Part shown: positions 1 to 10,773 of the stretch, piece by piece
Position numbering within the stretch: the stretch's first letter is position 1
Layout of the letters: each line of letters starts with the position of its first letter
Made by a program: the position numbers and the translations under genes
Notes under the pieces: generated by a model
Database searches by the model: none
Told to the model about the DNA's origin: nothing
What the model saw: only the letters and a program-made list of their open reading frames with translations
Assembly: GCA_020137815.1 (NCBI GenBank)
Contig: CM035357.1
Span: 6,138,001 to 6,202,000, forward strand
Direction: 5' to 3'
Length of the DNA: 64,000 nucleotides
DNA from: Hormiphora californensis
Taxonomy: Eukaryota > Animalia > Ctenophora

Positions 1-2116
1 TGAAAGGTGTGAATGGGCACTGACAACAGAGGGAGGGAATTATCTGATATACCACAGTAGACTGCGGGAAATATCAGCAGGGGGGGTGGTTTATAAAACG
101 CTATAACTCTTGTGATATACTGATAATAATACTGATAACTGCCTACACCTGATACCTCAGGTACCACTACCCTGTGCATCACCAACACCCTCCCTTGTGA
201 TGCCAATACCAAATACTAACTAATATATGGCCTCAGGTACCACTACCCTGTGCATCACCAACTCCCTCCCTTGTGATGCCAATACCAAATACTAACTAAT
301 ATGGCCTCAGGTACCCCTACCCTGTGCATCACCAACACCCTCCCTTGTGATGCCAATACCAAATACTAACTAATATGGCCTCAGGTACCCCTACCCTGTG
401 CATCACCAACACCCTCCCTTGTGATGCCAATACCAAATACTAACTAATATGGCCTCAGGTACCCCTACCCTGTGCATCACCAACTCCCTCCCTTGTGATG
501 CCAATACCAAATACTAACTAATATGGCCTCAGGTACCCCTACCCTGTGCATCACCAACACCCTCCCTTGTGATGCCAATACCAAATACTAATTAATATGG
601 CCTCAGGTACCCCCTACCCTGTGCATCACCAACTCCCTCCCTTGTGATGCCAATACCAAATACTAACTAATATGGCCTCAGGTACCCCTACCCTGTGCCT
701 CACCAACTCCCTCCCTTGTGATGCCAATACCAAATACTAACTAATATGGCCTCAGGTACCCCTACCCTGTGCCTCACCAACTCCCTCCTCCCTTGTGATG
801 CCAATACCAAATACTAACTAATATGGCCTCAGGTACCCCTACCCTGTGCCTCACCAACTCCCTCCTCCCTTGTGATGCCAATACCAAATACTAACTAATA
901 TGGCCTCAGGTACCACTACCCTGTGCATCACCAACACCCTCCCTTGTGATGCCAATACCAAATACTAACTAATATGGCCTCAGGTACCACTACCCTGTGC
1001 CTCACCAACTCCCTCCCTTGTGATGCCAATACCAAATACTAACTAATATGGCCTCAGGTACCCCTACCCTGTGCATCACCAACACCCTCCCTTGTGATGC
1101 CAATACCAAATACTAATTAATATGGCCTCAGGTACCCCTACCCTGTGCATCACCAACACCCTCCCTGGGGGAAGCTAAGGAATTTAGCGAGGAAATGACA
1201 AAGATATCACAGCGATACGAACCACTGCTGCTTAACAACACTCAACACAGCAGTGAACCTAGAAACACCACCTCAGAGCTGCCCTTTCCCCAGGTGATTA
1301 CATTAGAGTCTCCTTCTTCGTAGGTTCAATAAATTCTGCAATTGTTTCATCACGTTGCTAGATGTTTATAAACCACCCCCCCCCCCCCCCCCCGCCAGAT
1401 AATATTTGACAACCTGATGTTTATAACCCCCCTAGATAATATTATTTCCACTCATCCCCCCCCCCCCAGATAATATTTGACAACCTGACGGATGATGATG
1501 GTATAGCGTGTGGGAACACTGTTCAGGAGGATGAGGAGGAGCAGGCAGTGAGGTGCAGTGATCACGTTGCACCCGCACTAACCCCACCACCACCCATCAG
1601 GGAATGGGACGGGAAGGAATGCCCTGCTCTACCATTTGATACGGTATGTAAGGGACCAACTTACAAAAAAGTACCCGGGTTAGTTAACCATTTAAGTACT
1701 CAGGTATGTTTGTATCAAAATACGTGTGAGAGCCGCGCAAGGGTCAACTTACTCGTGCGAACAACCCAATCAAAATACGTGTGGTGGTGGTGCGAGGGTT
1801 AGTATACCCCAAACACATAAATACCCGAACTTTTTTGTAAGTTGCTCTGTTAAGAGAGTTGTAGCTTTTGTAGCTTTTTCAGTCCCTCTGCAGCAACCCC
1901 TATAATATGTTAACCCCCATCATCCCTAATCAGGACGAGGATGAACCGATGAGAAGAATGCCCCAATTTGATTTTGAGCCCGTGAGGTGCATGCCAAGTT
2001 TCGATTCTGACCCTGTTCCTATGAGCTACCGACCCTGGGAGGCTGCCACATCAGATGACCTTCCCTTCTTGTCTCTTGACCTTGGACATCGCACACCCCA
2101 CACGGATTCGGATTAG
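1..2116 (+). CDS. 3' part of an unknown spliced gene (acidic/Pro-rich C-terminus); exons <1-85, 1132-1293, 1470-1643, 1883-2116
   Basis: All three introns are GT-AG and phase 0. They join one open frame (ERCEWALTTEGG... | VPLPCASPTPSLGEAKEF... | IIFDNLTDDDG...LPFDT | SLCSNPYNMLTP...HTDSD*) that includes track ORFs 1548 and 1907. No recognisable domain. Confidence 0.65.
155..1165 (+). repeat. 74-bp tandem repeat, ~13.5 copies, spanning a 3' splice site
   Basis: Unit cctcag|gtacc(a/c)ctaccctgtgcatcaccaacaccctcccttgtgatgccaataccaaatactaactaatatgg starts at 155, 231, 305, 379, 453, 527, 601, 676, 750, 827, 904, 978, 1052 and 1126. Confidence 0.97.
1657..1844. mobile_element. Intronic MITE-like element
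   Basis: Terminal inverted repeats caacttacaaaaaagt / acttttttgtaagttg; no clear TSD. Confidence 0.55.
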
Positions 2117-2860
2117 GAAACGATGCCAATAGGATATCAATTGACAATAGGATGATTTTTATAGAATTTATGAAGACTGTTTCTGCAGTGTGTTTGGGAA
2201 TATTACAGTACTGTTACTTGTTTGTAGCACTTGTTGAGTAATCAGTAAGGGGTAGGACTGCATGCTAGCTAGATTATTGGACTGTTTGATACGCACCGTT
2301 AGAATGAGTTGTTGATAAATACTAGATGCATGTTGGAGTGATTTTTGGTTACTAAATGCTAGATGCATGTTGGAGTGATTTTTGGTTACTAAATGCTAGA
2401 TGCATGATGCCTCACCAGATGAGCTATGACAACGGGTAAAATTCTCCCAAAGTTAGGTATTTAAATAGGAGTTTTATACGCGGGCTGTATCCAATGAATT
2501 TTTATTTTTTTCAGAGACAAAATTAATTTTTACTGCAAGCAAAGAACTATGTGTAACTTTTTTCAACGACATATTTTTCTAAACCCTTCCAAAACCAACG
2601 CCTTTTATGTTTTCCGTTTTATTGGACAGTAACTCCGGCTAAAGATGATGTTCTCACTAAAATGAACCTTCTGGAGAGAGTCCTAACTTCTTCATATCAT
2701 GCGACACATGCTGCCCCTGATTGCTGCAGGTTGTGAGACAGGGGTGAGACAACACTGCTGCAGGGGGTTTTGTAACTTTTCCGTGCTATGCAGGGGTTTA
2801 GTCATGGACCAGGGACTGTCACATAAACCCTTATCACCGGAATTACTGTCCTGCAGAAGG

Positions 2861-3025
<165 letters not shown>

Positions 3026-3027
3026 CT

Positions 3028-4583
3028 ATGATTTTGGAAGGTCAGTTCCTCATTTCCACATCTACCATGTTGTTGCCGTTATTATTCTTGTTCTGTGTTG
3101 TTGGACCCTCTGATGCCAGCTACTGGTTCAGGAAGGTCAGGGGCACTCTTAGCAGCTCCTATATCTGGTATTGGTGTTGTCCATCGTGACCTGTCTGGCG
3201 GCGCCAGGCCCCGATTAGATTCTCAGATGGGGTCTGCGGCGCCAGACAGATCGAGTGACTGTCAAAATTACCCATAAAAACAGTACTGTCTCACTGTCCT
3301 GGACCATCAAATGTGTCTGTCCCCTGCATATTCAATATGATCTGTCTGTCCTAGTCCACCTACTGTCTACTGTCTGGCACCACATTGAATCTGTCTGCCC
3401 CTTTCAGACTCGGATGACAACATGGTTGCCGAGGTGACTGGAGACGCTGTTGTTGTGGCGGATGTCTTGACTGTTGATGTAGTAGATGCGAAACTAGAGG
3501 CACTCAAAGCGGAACTGGAAGAGAAAATTAACAGACTTGATATGCTCATCAAGTTTTATAACCCAGGTGTGTGCTGTTTCCCTGGATCACCCTCACATGT
3601 AGACACATAGTTAGAAAACCGATTTTGCTACCTTACCAGTACCACACACTACATTGGGACGTTACAAAACCCATTTCCAAAGACTAAACGAAAGGGTTTT
3701 CAGTCATCTTGCCTCACACCTCACACACCCTAACAGGTTGGGGATGGACACCATCTCGGGAGTGTGGGATCGATTGTCCCTACAATGTAGATGTGACCCA
3801 GTACCAGGCGGTACAGTGGCAAGTTGACACCCAGTACATGGACGGTATCTTTGATTTGGAGTTCGTTGATGAAAAGGGATGGTGGTATGGAAACATGGAC
3901 TTGTAAGTATGAAGTATGAAACGTTCTCCCCCGGTTCCAAGTTATACATTTTCCCACGGTGTGTATTAATACTGTGTACTCTCGCGCGCGCGTGTACAAA
4001 ATCACGTGATCAATCACAAAATCTGTTCCGCGCGTCACAAACATGAGTCATGACTGTACCGGATTTGTGACATTTTACACTCAAATGGGGCATTGTCACC
4101 AAATCTCTCTACTCTCAGTTACGACTCTCACATGTGGCTAAGAGGTTGTGGGTGGGTTGAGTATCTTGACGCTGCACCCCGGCCCGAAAATGGAACTATC
4201 AGAACTTGGGCATACTCCAAAACTGACACCGGATTCCAGTTGTGGTGTGAGAGGACTCTACTGGTGGATTTCACCTATACCCAAGGTATACTGATTTTTT
4301 GATTTACTGATTTTGTGTCAGGGAGAGAGGGAGAGTTTACTAGAACTGGATTTTTGAATGGTTTTAAGTTTTAATAATTAAATGAGAATCCATTATTTTA
4401 TCCTTACCCTCTTAGCTAAATTGATAATTTGATGTAATTTCCTACCTATCCTTCATTACAGGTCGGTGTATGGATGTATGGGGAGGGGCGACTATTGGGT
4501 TCTTCTTTGAGACCCAGCCCCAGGGTGTTCACCTACTACAACATGGAGGTGATATGTTTTGGTGGGATAATCAGGAGGAATAG
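3028..4583 (+). CDS. Secreted protein, paralog A (signal peptide, short coiled coil, Trp/Cys-rich globular domain); exons ~3028/3067-?, 3408-3566, 3704-3902, 4119-4285, 4462-4583
   Basis: Signal-like MLLPLLFLFCVVGPSDA. Exons 2-5 are GT-AG, in phase and collinear with paralog B (...GWGWTPSRECGIDC...RTWAYSKTDTGFQLWCER...MFWWDNQEE*). I found no phase-1 donor for exon 1 in the signal-peptide frame, so a frameshift or a missing exon is possible. Confidence 0.75.
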
Positions 4584-5285
4584 GAACTGATACAAGCACT
4601 AAAATCAGGAATAGGAGCTGATACAAGCACTAAAATCAGGAATAGGAGGATTGGGTGGAGGATAAGATACATGAATGAGGAGATTGTTGGTTTGGGTTTT
4701 GTTTTGTTTCGAATGAGGAGATTATATTGGTTAGATAGGTCATAGGATCGATCCATATTATTTCTTTAAAGGGACAATATGTGCGAGCAAAGAACTGTGT
4801 AATTTTCATGGATACATTTCTAAACTCTTTCTAAACTTAAACATTTTCCGTTATATATTTGCCGTGAATAATATTCTCACCAAAACAAATCCCTATTTCC
4901 TAATCTACTACTAAATGCAGGGCACCCTTGTCTCACAGGTGACACAGGTGTTCTACCATCTAGTTACCACGGGTTCCCAAAAGAGCGAGAGAGAGAGAGT
5001 TAGTGAAAGGGACCTATAAGAGGGAGAGTGAAAGAAAGGGATATCTGAGTTAAAGATACGTTCGTTTATAAAATTATAGCGCTATTATAATAGCTAAACA
5101 GGTGCAAAGCAGCAAGTAGCAATTATTTTGGTGTGTGTGTGTGTGTGTGTTTTGCACCGCCCGTCATTCCTCCCAATTATTTTGGTGTTAGCAGCTTATA
5201 GCAGACTTAGAGCATATAGATTTCATGAAACAAGTTAACTCTCCGTCTCGAGTATTTGAGAGTTACTAGTCTCCAGTCTCGAGGG

Positions 5286-5394
5286 CAGGAACCGACCGAA
5301 ACAAGTAAACAACCAATCAAAACTCGCTATTTAGGTCACGTGACTGGTTATCAGCCAATCAGGGACCAGTATTTCCTGATTCGGTCGGTTCCTG
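5286..5394. mobile_element. 109-bp hAT-type MITE
   Basis: TIRs caggaaccgaccgaa / ttcggtcggttcctg; perfect 8-bp TSD ctcgaggg (5278-5285 and 5395-5402); second copy at 44141-44249. Confidence 0.9.
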
Positions 5395-5417
5395 CTCGAG
5401 GGGAGCCCTATACTTAC

Positions 5418-7248
5418 CCAGAACATTACAAGTAGGAAGTGGGGTTTTCCAGGTTCCATCTGTGTTGCATGTTAGGTATTGTGTTGCAAGACCGCCCTCA
5501 CTGCACACTAACTCGACAGTTGTTCCTATTGCTACTTCCGAGTAAGTTCCAGCGTTGGTGATGGCAACAGTTGGGCAAACTAAAGATGGAAGAGTGTGAA
5601 GAGTGGATATATGGTGTGTTATCTAGTGGGTTGTTATGTTGTACAATTCTGTCAATGCTCTGACCGCGGTTTGAAAGAATTAAGAATACTATTATAATAG
5701 GGTCAGGCCAACTGCCTGGTACATACAACTAGTTTACATCTTTACCGCATTTGGGAAGATTTGAGAAGGTGCCATCCAGAATGCAGGTAGCAGTGACACT
5801 TTCACTCTCACTCTCACACCTCACTGCCACCTCAGATCCACCCTCCACGGGTAAACTAGCCTCTGTCAGAATGATACCTTCCTGTATGCTTGTACATTGT
5901 CCTGCGATAGAGAGAGAGCGGGGGAGATCTCTGATCTCAGATCTTAAGAAGTCAGAGAGGGAGAGCTGTCTATATTATATGGGTGCATTTTTTGTGTATT
6001 CAAATTTTGAATACACAAAAACGCACGAATTTCAAAATGATTTCAAACACCTTAATTCCTTGATTCCTATGTCAGGAGTCAACTTTTCACGCTCAAAAAT
6101 TCCCTAACTCACAAATTCCCACGTCATGTGTCTCAGACACTGCATTGAGTACCTAGTACTAGTACCGTACTACCTACAGTGTCTTTGTACTCTCCATCAA
6201 TTAAAACTGACCCGTGTTTATGAGGGCGTTATAACAACTCATTTTCATACTGGACATATCTCGATTAGTGGGATTATTTTCTGTCCACCCTGATGCATGT
6301 TTCAAGTGACAGCCATCGTCTGCAACTCCGGTGTGTGCTACCTACAATAGTACAATAGTGAGAGGGTGGGTACTACCCACAATAGTGAGAAAGTTGAGTT
6401 CAAAAAGCTGTCATTATCATGGGAGAGGGTTAATCAAAAGTTAGAAACCAGTAACTTACCCATGTAAAAGCGTGGCATAGGGTGGGGATAGAGAGGCATG
6501 CCCTTAAACATGACCCGATGGTACTATAGACATTAGAATAATCCCTATAATCAAAACCGGCCAAACTAGTTCCCAGATCACCGCTGTAGTAGTCTGTGTA
6601 GGTCTTCAAACAGTCAGATTGTGGGTAATCTGAGGAAGTTTAAAGTGAGAGTGGACAGAATCAGAATTGGACAATTCTGTGTGGCAGCGGCGACGACCTG
6701 ATCCGAGCGCCAGACGGTGAAAATAGAGTTGAGTCTAGGTCCTAGACTAAAACACACATCATACCTATAACGTAGAGCCGGGGGTATACAGTTTCTTCAC
6801 CGTTACTGCAACTATACGCTACACTGGAACTAGCTGTGACGACCACTGATGACGTCATCCCCTCTGACGTCACACCCTCCACTGTACCTCCATCCAGGGT
6901 CATCCACTGTAGGGTGTCTGATGGGTCGGTGGTGGAGCAGGACAGGGTCACACTGTACCCCGTATCCAGACCCGTCTCAACTACTGAACCTAATGGAGGG
7001 AGAAAGGGAGAGAGGTGCGTGCTACAGAAATGAGTCTAGAGAGTGGAGCGAATTGAGCTTGAAATTTAAAGGCTCAATTTAATTGGCACAAACCCGCTGT
7101 GAGCGAGATATGCAGGACTAGGGTATAACTGCCACGATTGAGTTGGATTATTACCTGTTAGTTGTGGCGTTGATGAGTCTGTCAAAGTTAACAATGCAAC
7201 TCCAATTAACAACCAATTAGAGCTAACCATAGCTAACCAGCTAACCAT
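5418..7248 (-). CDS. Secreted/cell-surface protein: signal - Ig-like - PAN/apple - Sushi - Sushi; exons 7248-7155, 6989-6765, 6629-6460, 6341-6212, 5901-5746, 5579-5418; last exon unresolved
   Basis: All junctions are GT-AG and in phase. Ig motif VTLSC...LQW...YSC; PAN motif CLRACLSIPTLCHAFTW...CHLK; CCP motifs VAVRC...TCILDGTFSNLPKC and VELVC...LTCNTDGTWKTPLPTC. Confidence 0.85.
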
Positions 7249-8663
7249 ATAATATCTGGTAAAGATAACTGTTATCATGCTTCCACGGAACAGAGCAGAA
7301 CTAAAACTTGCAGCATCTAAACTACTAGGTCAGCCTGTCAGAGCATTGGCCTGAGAGTGTGTGAACTGTGGTCAGAGCATTTGCCTGACAGAGTTCAACT
7401 GCTAATTGCTGTTTAAAGGCCATGTTGGTTGCCATGGTCTCCCGGAAACAGCTATTATAACTCTAAAGCAACTCAGAACGAATGGGTATTATACTGGTAA
7501 AACCTTTCTAATATAATGCTGTTTGGAGTGAGAAAACAGTTAAGTAAGTAATCATAAAACTGTTTCGGTCACGTACAGCAAGATGACATGCATTGACGGT
7601 TATGTAGCAGACTCTCAACACTGTAAACAATACAATAGAAGTCGAAGTGAACAGTTGGCGATGGTACTAATACAAGTATATCGTGAGGTTGCTCTCTCTC
7701 GCTCTATCCCTAACAGCGAGAGTAATAGAGTCGACTGTGAAAACTAACAGCTGTTAGAAGTACAGACTAATGACTTGTTCATGTTGTTCATTGTTGAGTT
7801 TAGTAAGGGGTGGAACTCACCAACTAATGACAGTTCAAGTGTGTACTGGAAGACAGGGGAGAGGGAGGAAGAACAGGGGGAGGGGGCTTCGAACTATAGA
7901 CAGAGAGAGGATTGTTTACTATTTACGAGGAAAAGTATTCGGATGTTTGTTAAATTATTCTGAATATATTTCTGAATTTTCCCTTCGCCTCGCTGTCAGG
8001 CCAATGCTCTGACCGCGGTTAGTTAATAATATTTAAACATTCCCAGAGGCAAAAAGAGCAACTTACATAGTGAGTTACAAAAAGAAGTGAGAATAAGGTT
8101 AGACCAATGCTCTGACAGCCGCCTCATGAATAGTCTGTCAGGCCAATGCTCTGACCACAGTTCTTGCACGCTCCGAAATGAGAATATGCCGGGGCCAGAC
8201 CAATGCTCTCCAGAGGCAAATAGTGCAACTAACGATTTATTTTTCTCCCGTGAGGGTAAAATAATTATGGTACGTCGGTACGAAATCGAGTTTTGTCAGT
8301 TGGTCTCAAATATAAGTTATATATCACTCCCATATATAAATCACTCTGGTCGAGTGTTTGAACTTAACTACAGCAATTATCTCTTATGTAAGTCTTACAT
8401 ACTCCTCATAAAGTGTAATTGATATTTTAACTGCAGCACGTACTTGTTGAGTAGGGAGTACTATACTCTATAAACAAGAGTGTTATACTCTATAAATATA
8501 ACAAAAGTGCACATTTATGTGTTGCTTGTTATTATAGGGATCAGCACCCTCGTATAACAGGGACAATTCAAGTACACAGTGAAATAATGAAATATCGAGA
8601 AAGCTCAATCGTCGGTGCGAGAGCAAGTGCACCATATGATATACAGATACTTGGGACATATAT

Positions 8664-8844
8664 CACGGTCGCTTGTAGTGGGAAAACGGTAATGGAAAAC
8701 GGAGATACAGTAAGACGACGCGCAACCGTGGCCAATCAGGGCGCTAGTACGTGCTGAACACATGCACTTTTTGCCGCGCAATATGCAACGTGCGTGTCTC
8801 CTTACTGTATTTCCATTACGGTAATACGACTACAAGCAGCACTG
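8664..8844. mobile_element. ~180-bp MITE (Tc1/mariner-like, TA-flanked at one end)
   Basis: Imperfect TIRs gcttgtagt / actacaagc; closely similar inverted copy at 18081-18260. Confidence 0.75.
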
Positions 8845-9278
8845 TACGTATTGATATATGCATTATGCAGGTGTAGTAATCATAAGTCCCCAGCTCAGGT
8901 GCAATAAATTCAGTAGAGATTGTAGTTGTAGAGACATAACATTTGTTGAGTATTCAACATACATTTGTTGTGTAACTCATAGGGAGAAACACTTGATCTC
9001 CATCCGAAGTCCGAACCCTCATAGAGCGCGGTGTGATTCACACAAAGAAACATAATACCGTAGTAAAATTATTTTGTGAATACTGTACCTAGGAGCTAGG
9101 ACCTAAACAGGTGTAGTTATAAGATGGGATAATCACTACTCTACAATTGGGGGAACACCTACAGAACTCTCACAGAACAAATGAAATGACGTGTGAGCCA
9201 CACAGGTGTGAACACTATACTAATAGTAGTGTCATGAGGGAACTCGCAGCTTTATTTAAAAACTCATCAGCTGCCCTG

Positions 9279-9395
9279 AAATTACGTTGGATAGAGTTTC
9301 TATCTTACTAGATTAGAAACAAGATCGGAACAAGATTAAATCTTTTTTTGATCCTTTTTCTAATAGTTAGATAGAAACTCTATCCAAAGTAATTT
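9279..9395. mobile_element. Short palindromic (foldback) element
   Basis: Inverted arms aaattacgttggatagagtttctatct ... agatagaaactctatccaaagtaattt. Confidence 0.6.
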
Positions 9396-9795
9396 TCCCA
9401 AACTAGCGGCCTATATAATAGAGTGGACTGCACCTGGTGCTATACTAACACCTTTAATAATAGCCCCCCTGTTATCACTGTGTCAGCTAGATTGTATCGC
9501 CATCTGTCAGATCATTGGTCGGGGGAGGGAGGGAGGGAGGGGACAAAATCTCCTCTCTTCTTGTAACTTACCAACGCCCCACCCTTTATAATCAACAACT
9601 CTCTCTCCTGGAGATGTGACTATGACAGTTCACATCTGGTCCAAGGGGAGCTGGGGAGCGGGGTGATGAGGCCGAGGCTCAAGACTCAAGAGTTAAAAAA
9701 CACAAATATGACATTTCTCTTTTACATAGCGCCCTTTCAATCCTCCACTTATAATGGAACCTTTCGAACGGTCGGCACTATATCATATACTCCAG

Positions 9796-10438
9796 TTGGT
9801 GACATTGACACCTAGTGCGTGCGAGATCGAGCTCGCACATAGGTGTCCGCTCCGCCCCCTAAAAAAGGGTCGTGTCTTTCAAGCCAAATTGCACGTGATC
9901 TACTGGACCGATTTACATCCCGCTTGTTTCATGAGACTGCAAATTGGTCGTAGTTTACTGGAAAATACCCGAGAAGTTTGTCTGTCAACAGGAAGTGGGT
10001 CAAAATTGACACTGAAGTCAAATCTATAATCTGGCTTCCGAGCCTTTTTGCACCACTCCCAGACGGTTTAGAATGAATCTGAGGGTATCAGAAGATAGGT
10101 TGAACTCTTGTGAGTACTGGAAAATACCCGGCATAAATAGCTGATGCCAATTGCATCAACATATCTCCCAATATCTTCTAAATCGCATGGGCGTAGTGCA
10201 GAAACTCTCGGAAGGTTTGACTTCAGTGTCAATTTTGACCCACTTCCTGTTGACAGACAAACTTTTCGGGTATTTTCCAGTATATTAGGATCATTTGTAG
10301 TCTTTTGCGACAAACCGGATGCAAATCGGTCCAGTGGATCGCGTGCAACATCCCTTGAAAGAAACGACCCTTTTTGAGGCGGAGCAGACACCTGTGTGTG
10401 AGCTCAATCTTGGTCGCGCACGGTGTCTATGTCACCAA
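9796..10438. mobile_element. Non-autonomous MULE/foldback-like element with ~230-bp TIRs
   Basis: Termini ttggtgaca / tgtcaccaa; arms ~9796-10025 and ~10214-10438; perfect 9-bp TSD atactccag (9787-9795 and 10439-10447). Confidence 0.85.
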
Positions 10439-10773
10439 ATACTCCAGTACCGATGATATCACTTCCCTATGGCAATTCTGTGGCACTCAGAGAAGAAGGT
10501 TCAGGGACTTAAGTCGCATGACACTGTACGTCAGTATGAAAAATTCATCCGGGTCGCCCTTTTTTAAACTGTTTTGTGTAGCCGCGAGATTGTTGAAAGC
10601 AGCTAGTAGGGACGAAAGTGGCCACTATCGCCCCTACTAAGTAGCATGAACTGAATTTGAAGAGCTGATTGCAGTGATAACAAGGCAGAGGTTTTAGTAA
10701 CATAATTACTATATTTAACTTATCCGTGCTATGCTATAACAGAGGATAAAAATGGAGGGAGCGAGGGAGACAT

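Noticed and set aside
155-1165. CRISPR-like array
   Set aside because: Units are contiguous near-identical copies with no unique spacers; no cas genes; eukaryotic context. The same applies to 49341-49762 and 63176-64000.
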